Source of the DNA: Dehalococcoidia bacterium
GTDB taxonomy: Bacteria > Chloroflexota > Dehalococcoidia > Lucifugimonadales > UBA3495
Length of the DNA: 64,000 nucleotides
Direction: 5' to 3'
Assembly: GCA_965204865.1 (NCBI GenBank)
Contig: OZ242027.1
Span: 3,011,986-3,075,985, forward strand
The notes beneath the pieces are model-generated. The model searched no databases. It was given only the letters and a program-made list of their open reading frames with translations, and was not told where the DNA came from. The translations under genes were made by a program, and so were the position numbers. This document shows positions 9,276-18,592 of this stretch, in pieces (positions within the stretch are counted from its first letter, which is position 1; each line of letters begins with the position of its first letter).

Positions 9276-9805
9276 TCAGCGGGTTCGGACGGGTTCTCCA
9301 GGTCCAACATCGCCAGCAATCGCCCGTACCCGATGAACATTCCGGTAATCATCCCCAGCTCGAAAATCTCGGGATCGGTGAACTCCCGCCGCAGTTCCGC
9401 GAAGAACTCGTCGTCCACGTTCTGGTGATCGACGGACATACGCTCGGCGAAGCGGACGGCCAGCTTCTCCCTGTAGGGCAAATCGGTGTCCTCGAAGTGT
9501 ACGAGTGACGCCACCATTTCCTCGGTCATTCCCTGCTGCACCGCCGGCACAGCGCGACCCAGCTTTCAAGTGGCGCACTCGTTCAGCTCGGCAATCTTCA
9601 GCCGCACCAACTCCTTCAGCCGCGCGTCCAGCAGACCCTCCAGCTTCAGCGGCCCATAGAAGGCCCAGAACGCCTCATAGGCATCCGGCAGGTTGCCCGC
9701 CGCCTGGAATATCCGCGGGTTCAGCTTGTGCTCGGCTGCCGCCTTGGCGATTTTCTGCATTCCGGGCGTTAGCTGCTCGGTTGGCACCAGCTTAATCCGG
9801 GCCAT
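9272..9805 (-). CDS. Carboxymuconolactone decarboxylase/AhpD-fold protein, candidate selenoprotein with in-frame TGA (9566-9568) read as Sec
   Basis: Track ORFs 9566..9835 and 9272..9550 are in the same frame separated only by TGA; joined product ...LKELVRLKIAELNECAT-U-KLGRAVPAVQQGMTEEMVASL... aligns with the AhpD-fold CxxC region. Start at 9805 (MARIKLVP). Confidence 0.75.
9535..9553 (-). promoter_or_regulatory. Candidate bacterial SECIS hairpin
   Basis: mRNA sense GCUGUGCC-GGC-GGUGCAGC: 8-bp stem (two G-U pairs), apical loop GGC at +21..+23 after UGA. Confidence 0.65.
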
Positions 9806-9899
9806 CTTTTTCCCCTTTTTAACCACAGAGAGCACAGAGGACTCAGAGAGAATTTAAACAATACTCTGTGTTCTCCGTGCTCTCCGTGGTGAATTAACC

Positions 9900-11324
9900 C
9901 TACACTACCGGGCGGTCGGCCACCGCCGGGTCCACCTTGCGGCGCTGGAACCTCCCATCGCCGAGGGTGCCGTGGAAATTGCCGTCCTCCACAACCACCT
10001 TGCCCCGCAGGATGGTCATTACCGGCCAGCCCTCGACCTCGGTGCCTTCCCAGATGCTGTAGTCGGAGATGTGGAAGTCGTCCATGGTCAGCGTCTTCTT
10101 GATGCCGGGGTCTATCACGCAGATGTCGGCGTCACTGCCCGGGGCCAGCACGCCCTTCTGGGGCCACAGGCCCATAATCCTGGCGGCGTTGGCCGAGGTT
10201 ACGTCCACAAACCGTTGCAGGGTCATTCCCTGTTTCGACACGCCTTCGCTGTACGTAATGCCCATGCGAGCTTCGGCGCCGTTGTGGCCGCCGGTAGTAT
10301 CGGAGATGGTTCTGCCGGAAATTTTCGTCTCCCACGACGTGCAGTATTCGTCGGTCGCCATGGTCTGTAGGCCGCCGTTTATGATGCCGTCCCATAGCAT
10401 CTTCCGGTCGTCTTCCGACTTCAACGAGGGATAGGTATGGTACTTCATACCGTTCTCTTCCTTGTAGTTCTCTTCGTTGAAGCAGCAGTAGTTGTGCAGC
10501 GTCTCGCCGTAAATCGGGCGGCCATTGCGGCGGGCCTCCATGATGTTTCGAACGCCCTGCTGGGCGCTGACATGAACGAAGTAGATCGGAGAGCCGGTCC
10601 ACTCGGCCACCCGCAGCGTCCGCGTGAACGAGACATCCTCCGACTCCGCGCTGTGCACCTCCGACATATTGAACCACTCGGTGCGCTCTTCCCGCGTGAG
10701 CTTCTGATACATGTGCTGCACCATGTCGTCGTCCTCGGCGTGGACCAGCAGCATGGCGCTCAAGCGTTGAATCTCAGTCATCAGGTCGTGAAGATGGCCG
10801 GTGCCCACCATGCGGGGTTCGCCAGCGGTGGTGGGAGGGCGGATGTTGGTGGTGAATATCTTGACGCTGGCGAAGCCGTCCTCCACGAACTCGTGCAGGG
10901 AACCCAGGATGTTCTCGGGAATCTGCCCCAGCATCATCAGGTGGTGGGCGTAGTCGGAGTAAGAGTTCCCCTGCCATACCGCCGTGCGCTCTGCGATGGC
11001 CTGGGGAATGTCAATTCCAGGGTATTGGATGGCGAAGTCCATCAGGGTCGTAGTGCCGCCGAAGAGCGCGGCCCGGCTCACCTCCGGCGGGGGAGCGGTG
11101 GTAAGATTTCCGTGCCCCATGATGGGCGCGGAAATATGGGCATGGGGTTCGATGCCCCCTGGCACGACCACCTTGCCCGAAGCGTCAATAATCCGCCCCG
11201 CTTCGTCCCCCAGCGCCCCGGCCGCAGCCACCGCCACGATTCGTTCGCCCTGCACCGCCACATCCCAATCCCCTACCCCCATGGGGGTAACGACCTGCCC
11301 GCCGCGGATAATCAAGTCCAGCAT
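9900..11324 (-). CDS. Dihydropyrimidinase/hydantoinase-like amidohydrolase
   Basis: MLDLIIRGGQVVTPMG...GKVVVPGGIEPHAH...GTTTLMDFA...APGSDADICVIDP. Confidence 0.85.
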   Translation of the reverse strand: MLDLIIRGGQVVTPMGVGDWDVAVQGERIVAVAAAGALGDEAGRIIDASGKVVVPGGIEPHAHISAPIMGHGNLTTAPPPEVSRAALFGGTTTLMDFAIQYPGIDIPQAIAERTAVWQGNSYSDYAHHLMMLGQIPENILGSLHEFVEDGFASVKIFTTNIRPPTTAGEPRMVGTGHLHDLMTEIQRLSAMLLVHAEDDDMVQHMYQKLTREERTEWFNMSEVHSAESEDVSFTRTLRVAEWTGSPIYFVHVSAQQGVRNIMEARRNGRPIYGETLHNYCCFNEENYKEENGMKYHTYPSLKSEDDRKMLWDGIINGGLQTMATDEYCTSWETKISGRTISDTTGGHNGAEARMGITYSEGVSKQGMTLQRFVDVTSANAARIMGLWPQKGVLAPGSDADICVIDPGIKKTLTMDDFHISDYSIWEGTEVEGWPVMTILRGKVVVEDGNFHGTLGDGRFQRRKVDPAVADRPVV

Positions 11325-11444
11325 AAGAAAGCCCCCTGTCTCAGTTTTGGCTCAACCGCCGCTGATTTATGCGGCAGTTTAGCACACGACTGAGACCAGA
11401 GGGCTAGGCCACCCGATGCAAAGGCCCCAATAGGACCAGTGATG

Positions 11445-12851
11445 CTAATCCCCAGCCGCCGGCTGCGTCCTAGTGCCTTCCGTCTGTGCGGGTCGGGTTG
11501 CCTCCGCGGGCTGCGTCTGCGCCTCCGGCGGCAGTTCCTCCTCCCAGTCCGGCAGTTGGTGGTGGCGAGTGTTGGGCAGCGCGACGATGGACAGCACTCC
11601 AACCAGGCTCAGCACCAGCGACAGGCCCATAGTCGCGTCGAAGTTGCCGGTCCAGTCGCGGAGCCAGCCGCCGATCAGCGACCCCGCGGCCATGCCCACG
11701 CCCGCGCCCATCATCTGCCAGCCGTAGGTAGTGCCTATGGGCGCGCTGCCATAATACTGCCGGTTGATGATGGGGAAGGCGCTCATCTCGCCGCCGAACC
11801 CGATGCCGAACAGCACCGAGAACAGGTAGAAGTGCCAGGCGTCTGTGGAGAAGAACAGCAGCACGATGGGCAGGGTTTGCAGCGAGAAGCAGACGGCCAT
11901 CACACCCTTGCTGCCCACCCGGTCGGCCATAACCGGCACGGCGAACCGTGTCACCGTGCTGGTCACCGACAGGGTGACGAAGGCCCCCGCCGCCAGCCCC
12001 GGCGACACGCCCTCGGCCTCTGCGATGGCCACCAGGTAGACCAGCACGATGGCGTGTCCGGCGCAGCCCCAGAAGTGGATGCCGATGAGGTTCCAGAAGG
12101 CCAGGGTGCGCTGGGCCTGCTTGAAGAAGACCCGGGTGCGCAGCTTGGCTATCTCGCCCACCTGCATCTTGCGGACGGGCTCGTTTTCCGAAGCCCCCAG
12201 GGGACGCATACCAATCTGCGCCGGTTCGTCGTAGAAGAGCCGCACCAGCGCCAGGATCGCCACCCCGCCGATGATGCCGGGAACCCAGAAGGCAGCCCGC
12301 AGCCCCGGCAACCCGCCGCCGAACAGCGCGATGATCAGCAGCATTATCGGCACCGCCACCAGCGGGCCGACTCCCTGCGCCGACTGCAACAGGCCCATGC
12401 CGGTTCCCAGGTGCCGCTTGAACCACATGGTGACCGACGCCGTAAGAGGCACCTGGAAGATGCCCATGGAAGCGCTGAGGATGATCCCGAAGAAGAGATA
12501 GAACTGCCACAGATTGGTCATGAAGCCGGTCAGCACCATCCCGGCGATGAACAGGAAGGCGCCTATGGTCATGGTCACGCGGGCCCCGTAGCGGTCGCCC
12601 AGCCACCCGGCCGACGGCCCCAGCATTCCCGACACCACCCATTGCAGCGCAAACCCGAACCCCACCGCGCCATAGCTCCACCCGAAGGACTCCACCAACC
12701 GGGGAATCAGGATGCTGGACGACGAGCGGAAGGAGGAACTGAACAGCCGCATCACCGCCGCCACTCCCACGATTACCCAAGCATAATGCACCGGCCGCCC
12801 GGCGATAATCAGGTTGCTGAGGCGAAAGGAATACCGGGGAGCAGTTTCCAT
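11445..12851 (-). CDS. MFS transporter
   Basis: Multiple hydrophobic helices, MLGPSAGWLGDRYGARVTMTIG loop 2-3 motif. Confidence 0.85.
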   Translation of the reverse strand: METAPRYSFRLSNLIIAGRPVHYAWVIVGVAAVMRLFSSSFRSSSSILIPRLVESFGWSYGAVGFGFALQWVVSGMLGPSAGWLGDRYGARVTMTIGAFLFIAGMVLTGFMTNLWQFYLFFGIILSASMGIFQVPLTASVTMWFKRHLGTGMGLLQSAQGVGPLVAVPIMLLIIALFGGGLPGLRAAFWVPGIIGGVAILALVRLFYDEPAQIGMRPLGASENEPVRKMQVGEIAKLRTRVFFKQAQRTLAFWNLIGIHFWGCAGHAIVLVYLVAIAEAEGVSPGLAAGAFVTLSVTSTVTRFAVPVMADRVGSKGVMAVCFSLQTLPIVLLFFSTDAWHFYLFSVLFGIGFGGEMSAFPIINRQYYGSAPIGTTYGWQMMGAGVGMAAGSLIGGWLRDWTGNFDATMGLSLVLSLVGVLSIVALPNTRHHQLPDWEEELPPEAQTQPAEATRPAQTEGTRTQPAAGD

Positions 12852-13418
12852 ACGGTAAAGCCTTTATTCCCTATCCCCTCTCCCTCGAGGGGGAGGGTTA
12901 GAGCCTGCCCCTGCGAAGGCAGGGAGTGGGGATGAACGCAAAAGGGCATTATAGCCTAAACTCCCATTTTGCTATCAGCCTTGCAAGATTCTGCGCCAGC
13001 AAACCGGGGCTGACAACCCTCGGCGCTTTATCCTGGATTGGCCGCTCAGGGCCAACGCATTCTAATTGAAACCAGCATTGCGCCCTCCCGTCATTCCCGC
13101 GAAGCCTGCCCCCGCGGAGGCGGGGGGCGGGAATCCAAACCCCCGTGTTGCCCCGCGCCTGGCATTCCAGGAAGAGCCATCAACCTCCCCAGCCTTCTCT
13201 CACCTCTTTTCTCAATTGATGACCATTGCCCCTTGCGCAGTCCGGTGACGCCTCTCTAGCCTTATTTGCGTGAGAACCACAATACCCGCCGGAATGGAGC
13301 CTTCCTTTGACCCTCCGAAATACCCGACAAACCCCCCCGATTCACCAGGGGATACGGTTGCAAAGCCATGTCCATCCCCTTCATTCCCCCGCTGATGCCC
13401 AACCCGTCCAAAGCTGCA

Positions 13419-13448
13419 ATGACCGAAAATGACTGGAAATGACCGGAA
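13419..13448 (+). repeat. Three 10-nt direct repeats in the leader of the duplicated ORF
   Basis: ATGACCGAAA ATGACTGGAA ATGACCGGAA; related block on the minus strand at 41141-41170. Confidence 0.6.
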
Positions 13449-13490
13449 AGTAAAAATTTCAACCCCAAGAACATCAGAGGAGGAATAAAG

Positions 13491-13853
13491 ATGTACTCCA
13501 TCAGCTACCTCCGGCGCCAGGTCGACGCCCTCCAGCGCAAACTCAAACCCGTCCTCGCCATCCTCAAACTCCGCAACCTCGCCATGCAATTCTGCGACGA
13601 GTTCGACGAAGCCGTCCTCAGCGAAAACCCCCGCCAGCGCGACCTCACCGGCATCTGCATGATGTTCCCGCCCCGGGTGGGACAGGCCGGCTTCCGCCTG
13701 GACAAAGGCCAAGAGCTGGTGCGCTACTTCCTGGGCTGCATCCAGAACAGGACCGGCCCCGAACCCCGCGAGGTCGTGTTCACCCTCATCCCCTGGGCCA
13801 GGAAAGGCCCCCTCCTCCGCGCCGACCTCTGGGAGCGCCCCAACGCCGCCTGA
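13491..13853 (+). CDS. Conserved hypothetical protein, duplicated copy A
   Basis: MYSISYLRRQVDALQRKLKPVLAILKLRNLAMQFCDEFDEAV...; near-identical to 40223..40585(-); aggagg upstream. Confidence 0.7.
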   Translation: MYSISYLRRQVDALQRKLKPVLAILKLRNLAMQFCDEFDEAVLSENPRQRDLTGICMMFPPRVGQAGFRLDKGQELVRYFLGCIQNRTGPEPREVVFTLIPWARKGPLLRADLWERPNAA

Positions 13854-13938
13854 CCGCCGCGATTGACAGTCGCCCCGCCCCAACTCTAAAATCGCCTCCA
13901 ACTGGACTAGTAAATTGCCAGCCCGAAGGAGGCCCAAA

Positions 13939-15126
13939 ATGCCCAGCTACCCGAAGGTAATCTACAAAGAAGAGGGTATGCGCGAGGGGATGCAAATCGA
14001 GGACGCCAACATCTCCGTTGACGACAAGATAGAGCTCCTCGACCAGCTTTCCGACACCGGCCTGAAGAACATCGTAGTCGGGTCTTTCGTCAGCCCCAAG
14101 TGGACCCCCCAGATGGAGCGCATAGACGAAATTCTCACCCGCTTCACCCCCAAGCCCGGCGTCACCTATACCGCCCTGGCCCTGAACTCCCGTGGCGTCG
14201 AGCGCGCCCGGCAGTACTCGCCGCCCCTGACCATCGAGCGCGACCCCTACCCCCGGCTCAGTTGCCACATGTGCGACGTCTTCACCCGCCGCAACACCAA
14301 CCGCTCCCAGATGCAGGAAATGGAAACCTGGCCGCAGAGAGTAGCCCAGGCCCAGGAACTCAACGTCAAGGAGGCCGGCATCGGCTGCAACGCCAGTTGG
14401 GGCTCCAACTTCCTCGGCGAGTTCCCGGTGGACAGCCTGATGACCCTGCTGGAGAAGGAACACGCCATGTGGGACGAGGTGGGCATCAACGTCCGCAGCG
14501 TCTCCATGGGCGACCCCATGAGCCACTGCACCCCGGCCAAGGTCGAGGAGAGCCTCTACCGGGTCAAGGAGCGCTGGCCCGACATTGACCACTTCCGCCT
14601 GCACCTGCACAACGGGCGCAACATGGCCATCGCCTCCGCCTACGCCGCCATGCGCACCCTCGGCCCCGACGACACCCTGGAGCTTGACGGCACCATCGGC
14701 GGCTTCGGCGGCTGCCCCTACTGCGGCAACGGGCGCGCCACCGGCATGGCCCCCACCGAAGACCTGCTCCACATGATGGAGGACATGGGCATCGAGACCG
14801 GCGTAGACATAGACAAGCTCATAGACTCCGTCTGGACCGCCGAGCGCATCATCGGCCGCGAGCTTTACGGCCACGTCTCCAAGGCCGGCCCCCGGCCCAA
14901 GACCGTGGACCAGCTCTACGACATGAACGCTCCCTTCATCGAGACCCTGGAAGAGGCCAGGCACTTCAAGAAGGGCCCCGAAGTCTACGAGGGCGGCATC
15001 TACCCCTACCGCGAGCCTATCACCAGCCCCTACCGCGAGCGCGTGGAAGCGGGCCTCCCGGCCTTCGACTCCGCCGAGGGCGACTTCCCTTGGAAGCAGG
15101 ACTGGTTCCCCTCCAAAGACGAGTAA
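13939..15126 (+). CDS. HMG-CoA lyase-like / pyruvate carboxyltransferase-family TIM-barrel protein
   Basis: YKEEGMREGMQIEDANISVDDKIELLDQLSDTGLKNIVVGSFVSPKWTPQM...DHFRLHLHNGRNMAIASAYAAM...LDGTIGGFGGCPYC. Confidence 0.82.
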   Translation: MPSYPKVIYKEEGMREGMQIEDANISVDDKIELLDQLSDTGLKNIVVGSFVSPKWTPQMERIDEILTRFTPKPGVTYTALALNSRGVERARQYSPPLTIERDPYPRLSCHMCDVFTRRNTNRSQMQEMETWPQRVAQAQELNVKEAGIGCNASWGSNFLGEFPVDSLMTLLEKEHAMWDEVGINVRSVSMGDPMSHCTPAKVEESLYRVKERWPDIDHFRLHLHNGRNMAIASAYAAMRTLGPDDTLELDGTIGGFGGCPYCGNGRATGMAPTEDLLHMMEDMGIETGVDIDKLIDSVWTAERIIGRELYGHVSKAGPRPKTVDQLYDMNAPFIETLEEARHFKKGPEVYEGGIYPYREPITSPYRERVEAGLPAFDSAEGDFPWKQDWFPSKDE

Positions 15127-15249
15127 TTTCAGAGGAGCCTTCGGAGAATACGGCAACGCCGCCCGCGCCTGGACGGGCGGCGTTGCGTGTCGTCTATACC
15201 GGAGTACAATAGACCCATTGCTGAAACCTGAGACTGAGGAACCAAGGGG

Positions 15250-15891
15250 ATGTACAGCATTTACTACAATCGCACCACCCCCTTTCTCGCTTTCTTGGAA
15301 GGCATGGTGCGCGTCTTCGACTGGGGCACCCTTCTGGAGATTAGGAAGAGATGGCGCAAGGGTCAGTCGGAACCCGAATCAGATTCCCCGCAAGATAAGG
15401 AATGGAGCAACCGAATCGTTGACTGGTACATCCGCGACGCCATAGCCGCTTTTGAGAGAGCGGAATCTGTCAGGCTGGCCGAAGACCCGATGTTGTACCG
15501 CCGTTCCTTTGCCGTCGCCGATGTTCTTCTAGGCCCGCTGTCCACGCAGGAAGTCATTCTGCGGTACGAGGAAATGGTCGCGGGCGCCTGCGACAGGATT
15601 ATGAGCAGGGCCTCCGATAGGCTCGACCACGACGGCAAAGTCGAGCTTGAGTTGTTGAAGCAACGGGCCAGGCAGGGCTATTGGGGCATGGCTGTCGGGT
15701 TTATCTTGTCGCTGCTGCTGGCCGCCAGCGCCATGTACCTGCTTTTTTCCGGCAATGACTCGGCCGGATTCTCCATTGTTGGAGTCAATATAGCGATAGC
15801 GGTGTCCGTTTCGGTATACATCTCCAAGGCACAGGTGCGAAGGAAGTTGTACACCCGGGATTTCTTCTTGAGGAAGAGGCGCAAACTCTAA
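15250..15891 (+). CDS. Hypothetical membrane protein
   Basis: 214-aa ORF with two hydrophobic segments near the C-terminus (GYWGMAVGFILSLLLAASAMYLLF). Confidence 0.6.
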   Translation: MYSIYYNRTTPFLAFLEGMVRVFDWGTLLEIRKRWRKGQSEPESDSPQDKEWSNRIVDWYIRDAIAAFERAESVRLAEDPMLYRRSFAVADVLLGPLSTQEVILRYEEMVAGACDRIMSRASDRLDHDGKVELELLKQRARQGYWGMAVGFILSLLLAASAMYLLFSGNDSAGFSIVGVNIAIAVSVSVYISKAQVRRKLYTRDFFLRKRRKL

Positions 15892-15917
15892 CCGAACCGC
15901 GAAAATACAGGAGGCCA

Positions 15918-16496
15918 ATGATGACCTCGGCTAATCCCGTTGACCCCAACAGCATCCGGCTCACCGGCGAAAACTCCTTCATCCGTTTGGTGGAGGACGG
16001 AGAACAGACCACCCGCACCAGCCATTGGCGCGTCCTGTACTCACCCGGTGGCGCAGGACACGTGCTGTTCATCAAGAGCGACCTGGTGGATGGAGTCCGC
16101 ATCTATGCCGACAACATCGCCCTAGCCCGCTGGCTGCAAGAAGAAATCGAGAGTCTCCTGTTCCCGGAGTTCGCCGACCAGTCCATACAGGTCATTGACG
16201 CCGAGTTCAGCAGGAAGGGCGACACCTATACCTTCTGGACGGAGACCATCGAGACCGACGACGACCAGATTACCCTGACCTGGCACGACTTCCTGGAACC
16301 GTTCATGCTCACCGTCCCAGCCGGCAGCGCCCCGGGCCGTCCCCACGGCGTATACAGTTGCTTCATCCCGTCCCGCTCCGGCCGGGTAACCATCAACGGC
16401 GACGACGCCGACGGCCAAGTCGCCCTCGAAATGCGCGGCGAAAAGCAGAGCAGCACCGCCTGCCTGGCCTGGTCCGAGACCTGGGTGCGCCCGTAA
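15918..16496 (+). CDS. Hypothetical protein
   Basis: 192-aa ORF downstream of 15250..15891, aggaggc before the start. Confidence 0.55.
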   Translation: MMTSANPVDPNSIRLTGENSFIRLVEDGEQTTRTSHWRVLYSPGGAGHVLFIKSDLVDGVRIYADNIALARWLQEEIESLLFPEFADQSIQVIDAEFSRKGDTYTFWTETIETDDDQITLTWHDFLEPFMLTVPAGSAPGRPHGVYSCFIPSRSGRVTINGDDADGQVALEMRGEKQSSTACLAWSETWVRP

Positions 16497-16626
16497 GGTG
16501 GCTGCGGGTAAACTCAGGCACACCGAAAAGGAATGGCGAAATTATGGATGCCCCGACGATAGCCGCCCTTACCTTGGTGGCGGGTGCTTGGCTTGGCGCC
16601 CAATCTTTTCAGGAGAATGGGACCGC

Positions 16627-17304
16627 CTAGTCCATCACCCCCAATACCACCGTGGCTGCTCCGTGGAGGCCGCCATGATGTTCCGGTTCTTCGTGGGAAT
16701 GAAGGCGGTCTTGGTGGTGGCTGTGCCCTTCCTGCTCCTCGGGGTGTGGCATATCCTCTGCGTGAGCGCCAATCTCTCGCACAACCTCCGCCCGCTCTAT
16801 CCTCAGACTAGGGAGTTCGGCGGCTACCTCATCCGGGGTGGTCAGTGACTCCAGGTCTTCGCGGCTCCACCCGGCGGGGGGCGACGACTGGTCATGGCTT
16901 ACGAAGAGGAGTCTGCCGCCCGGAGCCAGGGCTTCGACAGCGGCGGAGAGCATCTGCGCCCGTTGCTCAGGCCAGAGCTGTATGTAGAAAGAAGTAATCA
17001 GATCATAGGGACCATTTGGCCGGTACACAGTTACGTCTGAGACTGTGAACTCCACCTCAACCCGATGGTCAGCGGCCCGCAGCTTCGCTTTCTCAATGGC
17101 AACGGCAGAGAAGTCAACTGTAGTCACCTGCCAACCACGCTCAGCCAACCATACGGCGTTTCCGCCCGATCCGCACCCCAGCTCGAGGGCGCGTCCCGGC
17201 TTCAACTCCCTAGTGTGTTCTTCCAGCAGCGTGTCATGGTCGGCGAAAGTATGCTCCATGGTGGCCCAGACGTCGTCCCAGAATTCTACGGTATCCGTCC
17301 TCAT
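16627..17304 (-). CDS. Class I SAM-dependent methyltransferase with His-rich tail
   Basis: GRALELGCGSGGNAVWLAERGWQVTTVDFSAVAIEKAK; C-terminus EGHSHHQDRLHSHEEPEHHGG. Confidence 0.8.
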   Translation of the reverse strand: MRTDTVEFWDDVWATMEHTFADHDTLLEEHTRELKPGRALELGCGSGGNAVWLAERGWQVTTVDFSAVAIEKAKLRAADHRVEVEFTVSDVTVYRPNGPYDLITSFYIQLWPEQRAQMLSAAVEALAPGGRLLFVSHDQSSPPAGWSREDLESLTTPDEVAAELPSLRIERAEVVREIGAHAEDMPHPEEQEGHSHHQDRLHSHEEPEHHGGLHGAATVVLGVMD

Positions 17305-17368
17305 TGACCTTCTCCTGAACGGCGGCGATTCAGTGACGACCGTAAAACCCTGGCCAGTGGTTGATGAG

Positions 17369-18538
17369 CTACCACCCCGGCGCGCCCGGCGGCAGGCCCA
17401 GCGCAACCCGCCCGCCCTGCTCGAAGTTGGCGGGCAGTCCCGCGGCGTGCATCATCGCTGCGTTGACGTCGCGGAAGTAGCGTTCCAGCAGATTGCCGCG
17501 GCGGACTGCATTGGTGCCGGAGGCATGGTAAAGCATATCTATGGCCCTGGCTGCCTCGTGGACGCCGTGAGTGGTGGCAAGCCTGCTTTGCAGTATCTCG
17601 CTCGTAAGGTCCGCCTTGCCCGATTGCGCCGCGTTCCACAACTCGCCCGCCGCGTCCAGCACGTAGACCCTGGCACCACTGATGATGCCCTCGGCCCGGC
17701 CTACCGCCAGTTGTACCGGCCCCCGATCGCGGAGCAGCGCCGGGTTCATCGTGGTAGCCTTTGCCCCGGCCAGCTCCAGGAAGGCATCCATAGCACCCCG
17801 GGCCATCCCCAGGGCGTTGGCCGCCAAGAGCGTAAAGGCGGTGGCCAGAGCAGCGCGGGCGTTGAACAGCGGGGCGGCGTTCATGGACTCCGACGCCAGC
17901 GCGAAGGTGCGTTCCGCCGGAACGAACAGGCCGGTCACTGAAACGTCGTTGCTGCCAGTGCCGCGCAGCCCGATGACCGACCAGTTGTCGTGGATGGTGG
18001 CCGCCCCGGCCGGGAGCGACATCATCCGCAGTTCGGGCAGGCCGTCGCTGTTGTAACGCGGCCCGTTCTCGTCGGTCACCACGCAGTTGAAGAACAGCCA
18101 GTTGGCGTGCAGGCACCCGCTGGCGAAGTCCCAGCGGCCATTGATTTCATAACCGCCATCGGATATTCGGGCCGTTCCCTCCGGTCGGAAGGAACCCGCT
18201 CCCCGGAGCGAGGGAGGACTTCCGACTATTTTCTGGGCTGTCGCGGCGTCCATCCAGCCCATGTACAAGGAGATGGAGCCAGCGATTAGGCAGCACCAAC
18301 CCACCGAGCCGTCGGCGATGGACAGTTGCTCCACGGCCCGGAAGGCGGTCAGCGGGTCGGTTTCCGGGCCGCCCAAGGACTTTGGCGTATACATATGGAA
18401 CAGCCCGGCCCGGTCCATCTGTTCGATGATGTCCGGGGGCAGCCGCCGGGATTCCTCGATTTCATCCCGCGCCGCAACTATTTGTGGCCGCAGCGCCTTT
18501 GCTGCGGCCACCATGTCCTGTTTGGATGCGGTCGTCAT
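17369..18538 (-). CDS. Acyl-CoA dehydrogenase/flavin-dependent monooxygenase family protein
   Basis: AFRAVEQLSIADGSVGWCCLIAGS...GGYEINGRWDFASGCLHANW...GALDAFLELAGAK. Confidence 0.78.
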   Translation of the reverse strand: MTTASKQDMVAAAKALRPQIVAARDEIEESRRLPPDIIEQMDRAGLFHMYTPKSLGGPETDPLTAFRAVEQLSIADGSVGWCCLIAGSISLYMGWMDAATAQKIVGSPPSLRGAGSFRPEGTARISDGGYEINGRWDFASGCLHANWLFFNCVVTDENGPRYNSDGLPELRMMSLPAGAATIHDNWSVIGLRGTGSNDVSVTGLFVPAERTFALASESMNAAPLFNARAALATAFTLLAANALGMARGAMDAFLELAGAKATTMNPALLRDRGPVQLAVGRAEGIISGARVYVLDAAGELWNAAQSGKADLTSEILQSRLATTHGVHEAARAIDMLYHASGTNAVRRGNLLERYFRDVNAAMMHAAGLPANFEQGGRVALGLPPGAPGW

Positions 18539-18592
18539 TTGTACGCCCTCACCCTGACCCTCTCCCAGAGGGAGAGGGGATTTCTTAATGGA

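Noticed and set aside
9551-9565. Simple pseudogene explanation for the split CMD gene
   Set aside because: Downstream frame stays fully conserved in family motifs, the stop is exactly at an active-site Cys, and two analogous cases occur nearby; pseudogene retained only as the null hypothesis.
13085-13147. CRISPR-like inverted or repeated sequence
   Set aside because: Palindromic repeats here are dispersed singly and lack regular spacers or cas genes; no CRISPR array found.
16498-16848. Small plus-strand membrane-like ORF
   Set aside because: Overlaps the 3' end of the methyltransferase gene on the opposite strand; cannot choose with confidence, methyltransferase favoured.
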